64,000 bases of DNA from Candidatus Aminicenantales bacterium. Lineage in GTDB: Bacteria > Acidobacteriota > Aminicenantia > Aminicenantales > UBA4085. Positions 20,099 to 29,487 of this stretch are shown piece by piece (positions within the stretch are counted from its first letter, which is position 1; each line of letters begins with the position of its first letter). Position numbers and translations under genes: made by a program. Below the pieces are notes generated by a model. The model searched no databases and was not told where the DNA came from. It saw nothing but the letters and a program-made list of their open reading frames with translations. The stretch lies in contig JBEKTZ010000001.1 of assembly GCA_049515535.1 (NCBI GenBank), forward strand, positions 1-64,000. The letters run 5' to 3'.

Positions 20099-21016
20099 AT
20101 GCAGACCATCTTCGATTCTTGGCTTCGGCTTCCTCACCCGGGGGAAATTCTATCCGTCCTCTCCGCTCTGATCTGGGCCTTCGCCGTCATCCTCTTCCGG
20201 ATCGCCGGCAAAAAGGTCGACGCCGTCTCCCTGAATCTGTTCAAGATCATCTTCGCCCTGGCGCTGCTGTCGCTGACGATGCTCGGGCTGGGATTGCCGT
20301 TCTTCCCGCCGCTTTCGGAGAGTCATTATGTCCTGCTCTTTTTGAGCGGAGTCGTCGGCATCGCGATCTCGGACACCCTTCTCTTCGTCGCCCTGAACAG
20401 GCTCGGCGCCGAGCTTACGGCCATCGTGGACTGCGCCTATGCGCCATTCGTCATCGGGTTCTCGTTCCTGTTTCTCGGCGAACGGATGAACCCCCTGCAG
20501 ACGCTCGGCGCTGCGCTCATCGTCCTGGCCATGGCCTTGATCCTGCAGAAAAAAAGCGACGTTCAGATCCCGCGCCGGGCGCTTTTATCCGGCGTCGGCG
20601 CCGGGATCCTGTCTATGTTCTTTTCGGCGGCCGGCGTCTTGATGATGAAGCCCATGCTGGCCGAGGCCTCCCCGGTCTGGGCCAGCTTCGTCCGGATGCT
20701 GGGCGGCGCGACCGCGATCGGACTTTTCGTCGCGATCCACCCGCGCCGGCGGGCGATCATGGCCCCCCTGCGTTCGCTCAAGAATATGCGAATCCTCGTT
20801 CCGGCCTCGTTTTTAGGCTCTTATTTATCCGTGGTCATTTGGATCGGGGGAATGAAATTCGCGCAAGCGTCGATCGCCGCGGCGCTCAATCAAATGAGCA
20901 CGATCTTCATCTTCATGCTGGCGGCGATCTTCCTCAAAGAGAAGATCACGATTATCAAACTTGCGGCGGTGATGATCGCTTTCGCCGGGGCGATCCTCGT
21001 GTCCGTCCCGCTCTAG
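20099..21016 (+). CDS. DMT/EamA-family transporter
   Basis: Two EamA repeats (FLFLGER; IFLKEKI), about 10 TM segments. The true gene is the 3' third of the 1001-aa ORF. Confidence 0.88.
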   Translation: MQTIFDSWLRLPHPGEILSVLSALIWAFAVILFRIAGKKVDAVSLNLFKIIFALALLSLTMLGLGLPFFPPLSESHYVLLFLSGVVGIAISDTLLFVALNRLGAELTAIVDCAYAPFVIGFSFLFLGERMNPLQTLGAALIVLAMALILQKKSDVQIPRRALLSGVGAGILSMFFSAAGVLMMKPMLAEASPVWASFVRMLGGATAIGLFVAIHPRRRAIMAPLRSLKNMRILVPASFLGSYLSVVIWIGGMKFAQASIAAALNQMSTIFIFMLAAIFLKEKITIIKLAAVMIAFAGAILVSVPL

Positions 21017-21167
21017 TCGTCAGATCGCTCAAGAGAGCCAAGGGGATGACGAATTCATAGATCAGATCTTTGTTGACCTAGTCCGTTGCTTTCGATGATC
21101 TTATCCGTAGCGATAGAGGGAGAGGCCAGGGCCAAGACCGCGATGAGGCAAGTCGGCCAGCCCGGGA

Positions 21168-21360
21168 TTCAACTTGGAGGGGAAGACCCCTTCCAACGGG
21201 CGCACCGTTTTGTACTCTAGGGTACAAAACGGCGCCGCCCTGCCTCCCCTTCTCGGGCGGGGCATGAAACCCCGCCCTGCGACCAAGGGGGCGACTCCCC
21301 CTTGGATTCCTCTCGAGCGGCTCCCCGTGGCAAGCCACGGAGCATAATCGCCGCTCGTCA
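21168..21360 (-). repeat. Multi-hairpin dispersed repeat, copy 2 (full length)
   Basis: The reverse complement aligns to 287-470; the element begins at the TGA stop of the corrinoid gene. Confidence 0.9.
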
Positions 21361-21987
21361 ATTCGATTTCCCGATCAGGCGGTGGACGATATCCACGGCG
21401 CTGGCCGCATCGGGAGCGTAGCCCTTGGCCCCGATCTGGTTCGCGTAATCCTGCGTCAGCGGCGCTCCCCCGACGATCACGGGCACGGCCAATCCGGCGT
21501 TCTGCAGCGTTTGGATGATGCCCTTCATCTGGATCATCGTCGTCGTGAGGAGCGCGGAAAGCGCGACGACGTCGGCGTTGTTCCCACGGGCGGCCTCGAC
21601 GAACTTTTCCGGCGCGACGTCCGCGCCGAGATCGATGATCTTGTAGCCGGCGCCCTTGAGCATCATCGCCACGAGGTTCTTGCCGATATCGTGAAGGTCG
21701 CCCTTGACCGTGCCGATCACGACCAGGCCCTTGGGCTCGATCTTGTCCTTGATCAGATAGGGTTCGAGCTTGGTCAAGCCGGCGTTCATCGCCCGGGCGG
21801 CCACCAGGACTTCCGGAATGAAGACCTCGTTGTTCTTGAACATCACGCCGAGCTTCTCCATCCCGGCGATCAGGCCATCGTTCAGGATCTGGCGGGTAGG
21901 AATCCGCGCGGCCAGAGCCTGATCCACGAGCGTCTCCACGTCGTTCTTTTTTCCGGCCATCAAAGCTTCCTGGAGTTTATCTAACAT
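21358..21987 (-). CDS. Corrinoid (B12-binding) protein, MtbC/MttC-like
   Basis: FIPEVL cap motif, GTVKGDLHDIGKNLV (DxHxxG), SALLTTT, GGAP. Confidence 0.93.
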   Translation of the reverse strand: MLDKLQEALMAGKKNDVETLVDQALAARIPTRQILNDGLIAGMEKLGVMFKNNEVFIPEVLVAARAMNAGLTKLEPYLIKDKIEPKGLVVIGTVKGDLHDIGKNLVAMMLKGAGYKIIDLGADVAPEKFVEAARGNNADVVALSALLTTTMIQMKGIIQTLQNAGLAVPVIVGGAPLTQDYANQIGAKGYAPDAASAVDIVHRLIGKSN

Positions 21988-22099
21988 GGCAAAGCTCCTC
22001 TTTTGATCATATTGCCATCCCTCGACGTGTCAATATAGCACAAAAATCCTACCGAATTTCCGAATTCGGCGAGTGTCCCCGTTATTCATGAGAACGTTG

Positions 22100-22128
22100 A
22101 CTATATAAAAAGGGAAAAGGGATGTCAA
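22100..22128 (-). promoter_or_regulatory. sigma70 promoter of the corrinoid gene
   Basis: TTGACA-N17-TATAGT. Confidence 0.65.
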
Positions 22129-22261
22129 TTGGAAGCGCGCCTGACTGTATCACGGTCAGGAAGTCCGCGAGCGCGCGCGCCCTCGTCAGGGCGACGGATA
22201 AAAACCTTTTTTTTGTTCGTTGTCGATGTCTTCCGGAAAGTGATAAAATAAAGACAATAAA

Positions 22262-23239
22262 ATGAGAAAATTCAAGGTCGGGATCGACAGCTACAGCCTC
22301 AAGCCCCTCGACCTCGACCCGTTCGAGCTCTTGGACTGGGCGACTATCAACGAGGCCGAGGGCGTGCAATTCTCCGAGACGCCGGCCCAGGCCGGAGACA
22401 AATCCTTTTTGAGAGAGTTGAGCCAATACGCGGCCCAGAACGATCTCTACCTTGAATGGGGCGGGGGCGAGCATATCCCCTTCGATATCGCCACCGGCCA
22501 AGCGAAAAATATCGCCGGCATAAATGAAAAAGCGGCCGAACAGGCGTCCCTGATGGGAGTCCGGACGATCCGCTCATGCTCGGGCGGCCTGATGCGCTGG
22601 AAGAAAGGCGCTCCGCCGACGGAAACATATCTCAAGGAAATGGCCAAGAGCTTGCGGCCGCTGAGGCGGATGCTCAAGGACCACCGCGCGATTCTTGCTC
22701 TCGAAACGCACTTCGAGTTCACGACGTTCGAGCTCATAAGGCTTTTCGAGATGTGCGACGCCGAGCCGGACGATTATCTCGGCGTCTGTTTAGACACCAT
22801 GAATCTTTTGACCATGCTCGAAGATCCGGTCGCGGCAACGCGGCGGATTCTACCTTGGGTCGTGACGACGCATATCAAGGATGGAGCGATCAACCTGACG
22901 CCGGGCGGGCTGGTCTCCTTCACGGCCGAAGCCGGAAAAGGCCTGATCGATTTCAAGAAGATTTTGACGCTCTTGTCGGGGCTGGAGCGGCACGTGAATC
23001 TTACGATCGAGGATCACGGCGGAGAGTTCCTGATTCCGATTTTCGATCCGGCCTTCCTCGATGAATTTCCGGATCTCTCTGTCAAGGAGCTGAGCGTTCT
23101 TTTGAAGATGGCCGCTGAAACCCGGAGCCTTATCGACGAGAACGAAATCGCCGTCCTCGACCGGACGCGATGGCCCGCCGCGTGCGAGGACAGGGTTAAA
23201 AGAGACCTCAAAGCCGTCAAGCGAATGGCCGGAACATGA
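22262..23239 (+). CDS. Sugar phosphate isomerase/epimerase (xylose-isomerase-like TIM barrel)
   Basis: LALETH, CLDTMN, THIKD, G.GLID, TIE metal-ligand pattern. Confidence 0.8.
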   Translation: MRKFKVGIDSYSLKPLDLDPFELLDWATINEAEGVQFSETPAQAGDKSFLRELSQYAAQNDLYLEWGGGEHIPFDIATGQAKNIAGINEKAAEQASLMGVRTIRSCSGGLMRWKKGAPPTETYLKEMAKSLRPLRRMLKDHRAILALETHFEFTTFELIRLFEMCDAEPDDYLGVCLDTMNLLTMLEDPVAATRRILPWVVTTHIKDGAINLTPGGLVSFTAEAGKGLIDFKKILTLLSGLERHVNLTIEDHGGEFLIPIFDPAFLDEFPDLSVKELSVLLKMAAETRSLIDENEIAVLDRTRWPAACEDRVKRDLKAVKRMAGT

Positions 23240-24567
23240 TGATCGGGCACGAAAAATTCCATTTCCGGAGCGGCGGGGATCTCCAGGCCAAAAGCCAATC
23301 CCTGGGCCTCGACATCCCCTTTTCCCAAGATATCAGCGTTCTTTTCGAGCCCGTTTCCCTCGGAGGCAAAATCCTTCCCAACAGGCTGGCCGTCCAGCCG
23401 ATGGAAGGAGCGGACGCCGGCCCCGGCGGGGCTCCCGGCGAATTGACCTCGCGGAGATACCGACGTTTTGCGGAAAGCGGATGCGGCCTGATCTGGTTCG
23501 AGGCCGCGGCGGTCCGCGACGATGGGAGATCCAATCCGCATCAGCTTCTTCTCACCCGGAAAACGCTGGACGGTTTTAAGCGGCTTGCCGAAAAGACCCG
23601 GGACGCGGCGCGAAAAAACGCCGGGTGGAATTCCTCTCCGGTCCTCGTTCTTCAACTGACCCATGCCGGACGTTTTTCCAAGCCCCGGGGAACACCCGCG
23701 CCGATCATCGCCCAGCGCAATCCATATCTCGATTCTCTCCATAAAATCCCCCCAAATCATCCGCTCATCGCGGACCGGGAATTGGATGATCTGCAGGAGG
23801 TCTTTGTTCAAGCGGCGAAGATGGCGCTCGAGGCCGGCTTCGATGGAGTCGATGTCAAGGCCTGCCATGGATATCTTGTTTCGGAACTTCTCGCGTCCCG
23901 TTCCAGGGAAGGCAGCAGATACGGCGGATCTTTTGAGGCCCGGACGCGCTTCCTCCGCGAGACCGCGGGCAAGATCAAGGCCGGCGTGCCGGAGGTCATG
24001 CTCGCCGGCCGTCTCGGACTCTTCGACTCGATTCCATATCCTTATGGTTTCGGCGTCGATGAAAAGGACGAAACGAATCCGGACATGTTCGAGCCGGTCG
24101 CCCTCGTCAAGGACCTCTTTCATGCGGGACTAGAACTCCTGAATATCAGCGCGGGGATCCCCGCCTATCGGCCGCATTACGGCCGCCCCTTCGACACGCC
24201 GGTCGCCGGCGGAAATGTTCCCGGCGAACACCCCTTGACCAGCATCGCCCGCCTGATCGGCTTGGCCTCTCGAACACGACGTGAATTCCCCTCTCTTCCC
24301 GTGGTCGGGACGGGTTATACCTGGTTGAGGGGATTCTTCCCGCATGTCGCGGCGGGCGTCATCGAGAGCGGCGGGGCTTCCCTGATCGGCGTCGGCCGGA
24401 TGGCCTATGCCTATCCCGATTTCGCCAAGGATCTCATGGACAAAGGCGCGCTCGATCCCAAAAAGGTCTGCCTGACGTGTTCCGGATGTTCCGCCCTGCT
24501 CCGGGCGGGCGGGCCGACCGGCTGCGTGGTCCACGACAGCGGCATCTACAAGGCCGTGAAAACTTAA
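23236..24567 (+). CDS. NADH:flavin oxidoreductase (Old Yellow Enzyme family) with C-terminal Cys cluster
   Basis: NRLAVQPME, QLTHAGR, AGFDGVDVKACHGYL, YGGSFEAR; CLTCSGC...GC. Confidence 0.88.
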   Translation: MMIGHEKFHFRSGGDLQAKSQSLGLDIPFSQDISVLFEPVSLGGKILPNRLAVQPMEGADAGPGGAPGELTSRRYRRFAESGCGLIWFEAAAVRDDGRSNPHQLLLTRKTLDGFKRLAEKTRDAARKNAGWNSSPVLVLQLTHAGRFSKPRGTPAPIIAQRNPYLDSLHKIPPNHPLIADRELDDLQEVFVQAAKMALEAGFDGVDVKACHGYLVSELLASRSREGSRYGGSFEARTRFLRETAGKIKAGVPEVMLAGRLGLFDSIPYPYGFGVDEKDETNPDMFEPVALVKDLFHAGLELLNISAGIPAYRPHYGRPFDTPVAGGNVPGEHPLTSIARLIGLASRTRREFPSLPVVGTGYTWLRGFFPHVAAGVIESGGASLIGVGRMAYAYPDFAKDLMDKGALDPKKVCLTCSGCSALLRAGGPTGCVVHDSGIYKAVKT

Positions 24568-24585
24568 GGAGGCAAAGAAATACCC

Positions 24586-25788
24586 ATGGCGAACATCCAA
24601 ACCAAGAAAGGGATTATCGGGATCCTTACCGGAGGAGGAGACGTTCCCGGCCTGAATCCGGCCATCCGCGCCGTCACGATCCGGGCCATCCATGAAGGAT
24701 ACGACGTCGTCGGCATCCGCCGCGGGTGGGCCGGCCTGATCGAGATGGTGCGAGATAAGGACGCGCCGAACTCCGATCATTACCAGCATCTGACGGAGGA
24801 GATCGTCAACCGCATCGGACGGACGGGCGGCACGTTTCTCCACACATCGCGGACCCGGCCGAGCCACGTCCCCGACGTCAACGTGCCGGCGCACTTGCGC
24901 GATAAATATCATAGAAAAACCAACGACTTGACCGAAGAAGTCCTCAGGAACCTCGAATTTCTCGGCATCGATTATCTCATCCCCATCGGCGGAGACGACA
25001 CGCTGAGCTACTGCGCCCACCTCCACCACAAAGGAGTCAAGGTCATCGGCATCCCCAAGACCATGGACAACGACGTTCCCGGGACCGATTACTGCATCGG
25101 GTTCAGCACGTGCATCACCCGCACGATCAGCATGACCCACGCCCTGCGGACCACCGCCGCCTCCCACGAACGCTTTCTCGTGATCGAGGTCTTCGGCCGG
25201 TACTCGGGCTTCACGGCCCTCCTCCCGACCATGGCCGGCGCCGCCAATCGCTGCGTCATCCCGGAGCATAAATTCAACGTGGAGCATCTGTGCGAGCTGC
25301 TGGCCGAGGACCGGTCCACGAATCCCAGCCTGTATTCCGTCGCCCTCGTCTCGGAGGGCGCCATGTTCGAGGGCGGAGAGATGATTTTCGCCAGCGAAGA
25401 GAAAGACATGTACGGCCACAAGAAGCTGGGCGGCATCGGGGATTTGATCGCGAGCCATCTTAAGGATCTTTCGCCCAAGTTCAACGACGGGCGGCGGATC
25501 AATGTGATCACTCAGAAGCTCAGTTATCTGAGCCGCTGCGGCGACCCCGACGCCGCGGATTCCATCGTTCCCATGGCCTACGGAAACATCGCCCTCGACC
25601 TGATCATGGACAAGCGGACCGGCCGGATGGTTTGCCTGCGGAACGGCGAATACGACGACGTTCCGATCGAAATCGTGACGAGCGCCAAGAAAGTCGTGGA
25701 CCTGGATAAATACTACGACCGGGAGCGCCTCCGCCCCCTTTATAAAAGCTTCCATCATAAGCCGTTTTTCATCGTCACCAACGACTGA
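24586..25788 (+). CDS. pfkA: 6-phosphofructokinase, PfkA superfamily, probably PPi-dependent
   Basis: TGGGDVPGLN, GGTFLHTSR, GGDDT, PKTMDND, EVFGR. Confidence 0.9.
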   Translation: MANIQTKKGIIGILTGGGDVPGLNPAIRAVTIRAIHEGYDVVGIRRGWAGLIEMVRDKDAPNSDHYQHLTEEIVNRIGRTGGTFLHTSRTRPSHVPDVNVPAHLRDKYHRKTNDLTEEVLRNLEFLGIDYLIPIGGDDTLSYCAHLHHKGVKVIGIPKTMDNDVPGTDYCIGFSTCITRTISMTHALRTTAASHERFLVIEVFGRYSGFTALLPTMAGAANRCVIPEHKFNVEHLCELLAEDRSTNPSLYSVALVSEGAMFEGGEMIFASEEKDMYGHKKLGGIGDLIASHLKDLSPKFNDGRRINVITQKLSYLSRCGDPDAADSIVPMAYGNIALDLIMDKRTGRMVCLRNGEYDDVPIEIVTSAKKVVDLDKYYDRERLRPLYKSFHHKPFFIVTND

Positions 25789-25856
25789 CGATCCGGCCCT
25801 TCGTCTTGCATGGACGGGCCGGATGGGGATAAAATCCCTTTGACTTCGAAGGAGCC

Positions 25857-27884
25857 ATGAAAAAAAGCGCGTTCGCCATCGGCGGCACCAGGTTTCCGCT
25901 TTATTCCTTGAACACTCTGATCATCGGCAGCGGCACGGCGGCCCTCGCGGCCGCTCTCCGCCTCCATGACTACGGACAGACCGATATCGCCATAGCGACC
26001 GAGGACTTCGGCGGCGGAACATCGAACAACGCCGGCTCGGATAAGCAGACCTATTATAAGCTCTCGCTGGCGGGCGGCCGCGCGGACTCTCCTTACGAGA
26101 TGGCCCGGGATCTTTTCGACGGCGGCGGCATGCACGGCGATATCGCGCTCTGTGAAGCCCTCGGCTCGGCCGAGGCGTTTTTTCACCTCGTCGGCCTCGG
26201 CGTGCCTTTTCCCCGCGATCGATACGGCGCTTATGTCGGATATAAAACCGATCACGACCCGAAGCAGAGAGCGACGTCGGCCGGCCCCCTCACCTCCCGC
26301 TTGATGTTCGAAGGCCTGGCCCGCGAGGTCAAGAAGAAGCGGATCAAAATCTTCGACGGCCATCCGGTCATCGCCCTTTTGACGGATGGGACGGGAGACG
26401 ACAAGAGCGTCATCGGCGCCATCGCCCTCGATAAAACCCGCTGTCAAAGAGGCCGGCCCGGCTTCGTGGTCTTCAATGCGGTCAATATCGTCCTCGGAAC
26501 GGGCGGGCCCGCGGGACTCTATGAAACATCGGTCTATCCGGAAAGCCAGACCGGATCGCACGGGCTGGCCTTCGAAATCGGCGCCGTCGGGAACAATCTC
26601 ACGGAATCCCAATTCGGCCTCGCCTCGCTCAAGTTCCGCTGGAACTTATCGGGGACTTATCAGCAGGTCATTCCGCGCTACGTTTCGACGGAGCGGGACG
26701 GCCGCGACGAGCGCGAATTCCTCAATGAGGCCTTCCCCGACATGGGAACGCTGGCCACGGCGATTTTTTTAAAGGGCTATCAATGGCCGTTCGATCCGCG
26801 CAAAATCGCCGGCCATGGATCCTCGCTGATCGACCTGCTCGTCCATCGGGAAACCGCCGTGAAAGGACGACGTGTTTTTCTCGATTTCCGGCGCAATCCG
26901 GGCGGCGCCGGCAAGCTCCGGGATTTTTCCTTGGCGACGCTGCGTCCCGAGGCTCTGTCCTATCTCCAAAAATCCAACGCCCTCCAGGCAACGCCGATCG
27001 AGCGGCTGAAGAACATAAACCCGCCCGCCGTCGATATCTACAAAAGCCACGGGATCGATCTCGAAAAGGAGATTCTCGAGATCGCCGTCTGCGCCCAGCA
27101 CAACAACGGCGGCCTCAAGGGCGACGTCTGGTGGGAATCGAATATCAAGCACCTCTTCCCCGTCGGCGAAGCGAACGGAACACACGGCGTCTACCGGCCG
27201 GGTGGATCGGCGCTGAACGCGGGGCAGGTCGGCGGGATGCGCGCGGCGCTGTTCATCGCCAAGAGATATGCCGCGAAGCCGCCGCGAGAGAGAGATTTTC
27301 TTGCCCGGGCCGGATCCAGGGTCCGAGAGAAGCTCGACGCGGCCCGGGGGATGCTCGGCCGCGGGGCGAGAACCGCGACGGCGCTCCCCAAGGCCCGCGC
27401 GGAATTGCGGAAGCGCATGTCGGCCGCCGGAGCGCATATCCGAAATCCGGAAGAGATCGGGCGCGCGGTCGAAAGCGCCTGGAAACAGCATGCCCGCTTG
27501 ACCAAAAGCTTGAGCGTGCCCGGGGCGCGGGACCTTCCGGAAGCCTTCAAAACCCTGGATCTCTGCCTGACCCAGGCTCTTTATCTCGAGGCCATTAAAG
27601 AATACCTGGAAAAGGGCGGAAAGAGCCGGGGATCCTTCCTCGTCCTCGATCCGAACGGCGAAAAGCCCTGTCCGGAGCTCGACGATTCCTGGAAATTTTT
27701 GGTGGAGAGCCGGGAATCATTCGTCAGCCGGAAAATCCTGGAAATATCGCTGGACGAAAAGATGAACGTCCGGAAGCATTGGGCGGACATCCGGCCGATC
27801 CCCTCGGACGAGGCCTGGTTCGAAAATGTCTGGAACGATTTTCGGAACGATCGGATCGTCCGCTCCCAAGGGAGAGAAAAATGA
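25857..27884 (+). CDS. FAD-binding oxidoreductase, SdhA/FrdA/NadB-like, unknown substrate
   Basis: IIGSGTA, LGTGG, AQHNNGG, GEANGTHG.YRPGG; lacks the SdhA covalent-FAD SHT motif. Confidence 0.8.
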   Translation: MKKSAFAIGGTRFPLYSLNTLIIGSGTAALAAALRLHDYGQTDIAIATEDFGGGTSNNAGSDKQTYYKLSLAGGRADSPYEMARDLFDGGGMHGDIALCEALGSAEAFFHLVGLGVPFPRDRYGAYVGYKTDHDPKQRATSAGPLTSRLMFEGLAREVKKKRIKIFDGHPVIALLTDGTGDDKSVIGAIALDKTRCQRGRPGFVVFNAVNIVLGTGGPAGLYETSVYPESQTGSHGLAFEIGAVGNNLTESQFGLASLKFRWNLSGTYQQVIPRYVSTERDGRDEREFLNEAFPDMGTLATAIFLKGYQWPFDPRKIAGHGSSLIDLLVHRETAVKGRRVFLDFRRNPGGAGKLRDFSLATLRPEALSYLQKSNALQATPIERLKNINPPAVDIYKSHGIDLEKEILEIAVCAQHNNGGLKGDVWWESNIKHLFPVGEANGTHGVYRPGGSALNAGQVGGMRAALFIAKRYAAKPPRERDFLARAGSRVREKLDAARGMLGRGARTATALPKARAELRKRMSAAGAHIRNPEEIGRAVESAWKQHARLTKSLSVPGARDLPEAFKTLDLCLTQALYLEAIKEYLEKGGKSRGSFLVLDPNGEKPCPELDDSWKFLVESRESFVSRKILEISLDEKMNVRKHWADIRPIPSDEAWFENVWNDFRNDRIVRSQGREK

Positions 27885-28672
27885 GCGAAATGCCCGTCGC
27901 GCTGATCACGGGAGCGGGCCGGGGCATCGGCCGCGGCATCGCCCTGGAGCTTGTCAAGGAAGGGTTTGCCGTCGCCGGCTGCGACATCATCTTTGAGCCC
28001 GAAAACAAGAAGAGCGGGCTGTTCGAGGTCCGGGACGCCGTCGCGAACCTCGGCGGACGATTTCTCCCGGTCCGCGGAGACATATCCGCGCTGGACGAGC
28101 ACGATAGAATTCTTAGGGCCGTCCTCGACGGCTTCGGCCGCCTCGACGTGCTCGTCAACAACGCGGGCGTCGCGCCCAAGACAAGGATGGACGTCCTCGA
28201 AACGACCCCCGAAAGCTACGACCGCCTGCTTTCGATCAATGCGCGCGGCGCTTTTTTCCTGACGCAGAAGGCCGCCAAGCTGATGATCGAACACGTCGGA
28301 AAAGACGCGAACGCGAAGCCCGCCATCATTTTCATCTCCTCGATCTCCGCGACCGTCTCCTCGGTTTCGCGCGCGGAATATTGCATTTCCAAGGCCGCCC
28401 TGAGCATGGCCGCGAAGGTCTACGCCGACCGGCTCGCCGAATCCGGAATCCGCGTCTATGAAGTCCGCCCGGGAATCATCGAGACCGACATGACGGCCCC
28501 CGTCCGGGAAAAATACGACAGACTCATCGCCGAAGGCCTGGTGCCGCAGAAGCGCTGGGGTTTCCCGGAGGACGTCGGGAAGGCCGTCGCCGCCCTGGCC
28601 AAAGGATCTTTCCCCTATTCGACCGGCCTGGTCCTGGAAGTCAGCGGCGGGATGGACATCCGAAAGCTCTGA
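27881..28672 (+). CDS. Short-chain dehydrogenase/reductase
   Basis: TGAGRGIG, NNAG, YCISK, PGIIETDM; ATGA coupling to the upstream gene. Confidence 0.92.
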   Translation: MSEMPVALITGAGRGIGRGIALELVKEGFAVAGCDIIFEPENKKSGLFEVRDAVANLGGRFLPVRGDISALDEHDRILRAVLDGFGRLDVLVNNAGVAPKTRMDVLETTPESYDRLLSINARGAFFLTQKAAKLMIEHVGKDANAKPAIIFISSISATVSSVSRAEYCISKAALSMAAKVYADRLAESGIRVYEVRPGIIETDMTAPVREKYDRLIAEGLVPQKRWGFPEDVGKAVAALAKGSFPYSTGLVLEVSGGMDIRKL

Positions 28673-28760
28673 GCGGAAAGGGGCGCGTGCCGCGGCCCAA
28701 GATATCGCCATGGGAATGGAATTATGGTATAAGTATAAAAAAATGATTGAGGAGGGTCGC

Positions 28761-29462
28761 ATGTCCGAACACAGACACCATTCCGGCCGGATCTTCTGGG
28801 GCTTGATCCTGATCTTTTTTGGAGTTCTATTCCTGCTCAACCACATGGGAAAATTTGAATTCACCGAGGATCTCTTCCATGTTTATTGGCCGGTCATCTT
28901 CATCATTCTCGGATTCTCCATCCTCGTCAACAGCGGGTTTCGCCGTCCCGCGGCGGGGCTCTTCTTCATGGCCTTCGGCGCCGTCTACCTGCTGGTCAAC
29001 CTCGACATCCTGAAAAACGATGCCTGGGATTACCTCTGGCCGGCCTTTATCATTATCGCCGGCTTCTGGCTGATCCTTCGGCCGGCGTTCCGGAACCGGA
29101 GCCCGGAAAAATTTCCCCAGATCCGAGAGAACGATATCGACGTCACCTGCATTTTCGCGGGCATGAAGCGCCGGATCGAATCGCAGAATTTCCGGGGCGG
29201 ACACGTCACGGCGATCATGGGCGGGCTCGAGCTCGACTTCACGGGCGCGGGATTGGAGGGCGGAAAAGCCACGATCGACGCGACGGCCATCATGGGCGGC
29301 GTGGAGATCAAGGTCCCGCAGGATTGGCGGGTCGTGATCGACGGGACGCCCATTTTCGGAGGGTTCGACGACAAACACCGGAGCGTCTCCGATGCCGAGG
29401 CCAAAGCCACGCTTTTCGTCAAGGGCACGGCCATCATGGGCGGCGTCACGATCAAAAGCTGA
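28761..29462 (+). CDS. LiaF/DUF5668-type cell-wall-stress membrane protein
   Basis: FWGLILI.FG, repeated WP.I.I..G TM motifs, C-terminal A.MGG repeats. Confidence 0.8.
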   Translation: MSEHRHHSGRIFWGLILIFFGVLFLLNHMGKFEFTEDLFHVYWPVIFIILGFSILVNSGFRRPAAGLFFMAFGAVYLLVNLDILKNDAWDYLWPAFIIIAGFWLILRPAFRNRSPEKFPQIRENDIDVTCIFAGMKRRIESQNFRGGHVTAIMGGLELDFTGAGLEGGKATIDATAIMGGVEIKVPQDWRVVIDGTPIFGGFDDKHRSVSDAEAKATLFVKGTAIMGGVTIKS

Positions 29463-29487
29463 ACAAAGCGGCGGAAGGCTGGGCCGG

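Noticed and set aside
21988..22261. Cobalamin riboswitch upstream of the corrinoid gene
   Set aside because: No B12-box or conserved core is recognisable; only a promoter and isolated hairpins.
25857..27884. Assignment as sdhA or nadB
   Set aside because: It lacks the diagnostic covalent-FAD His motif and partner genes; left as a family-level call.
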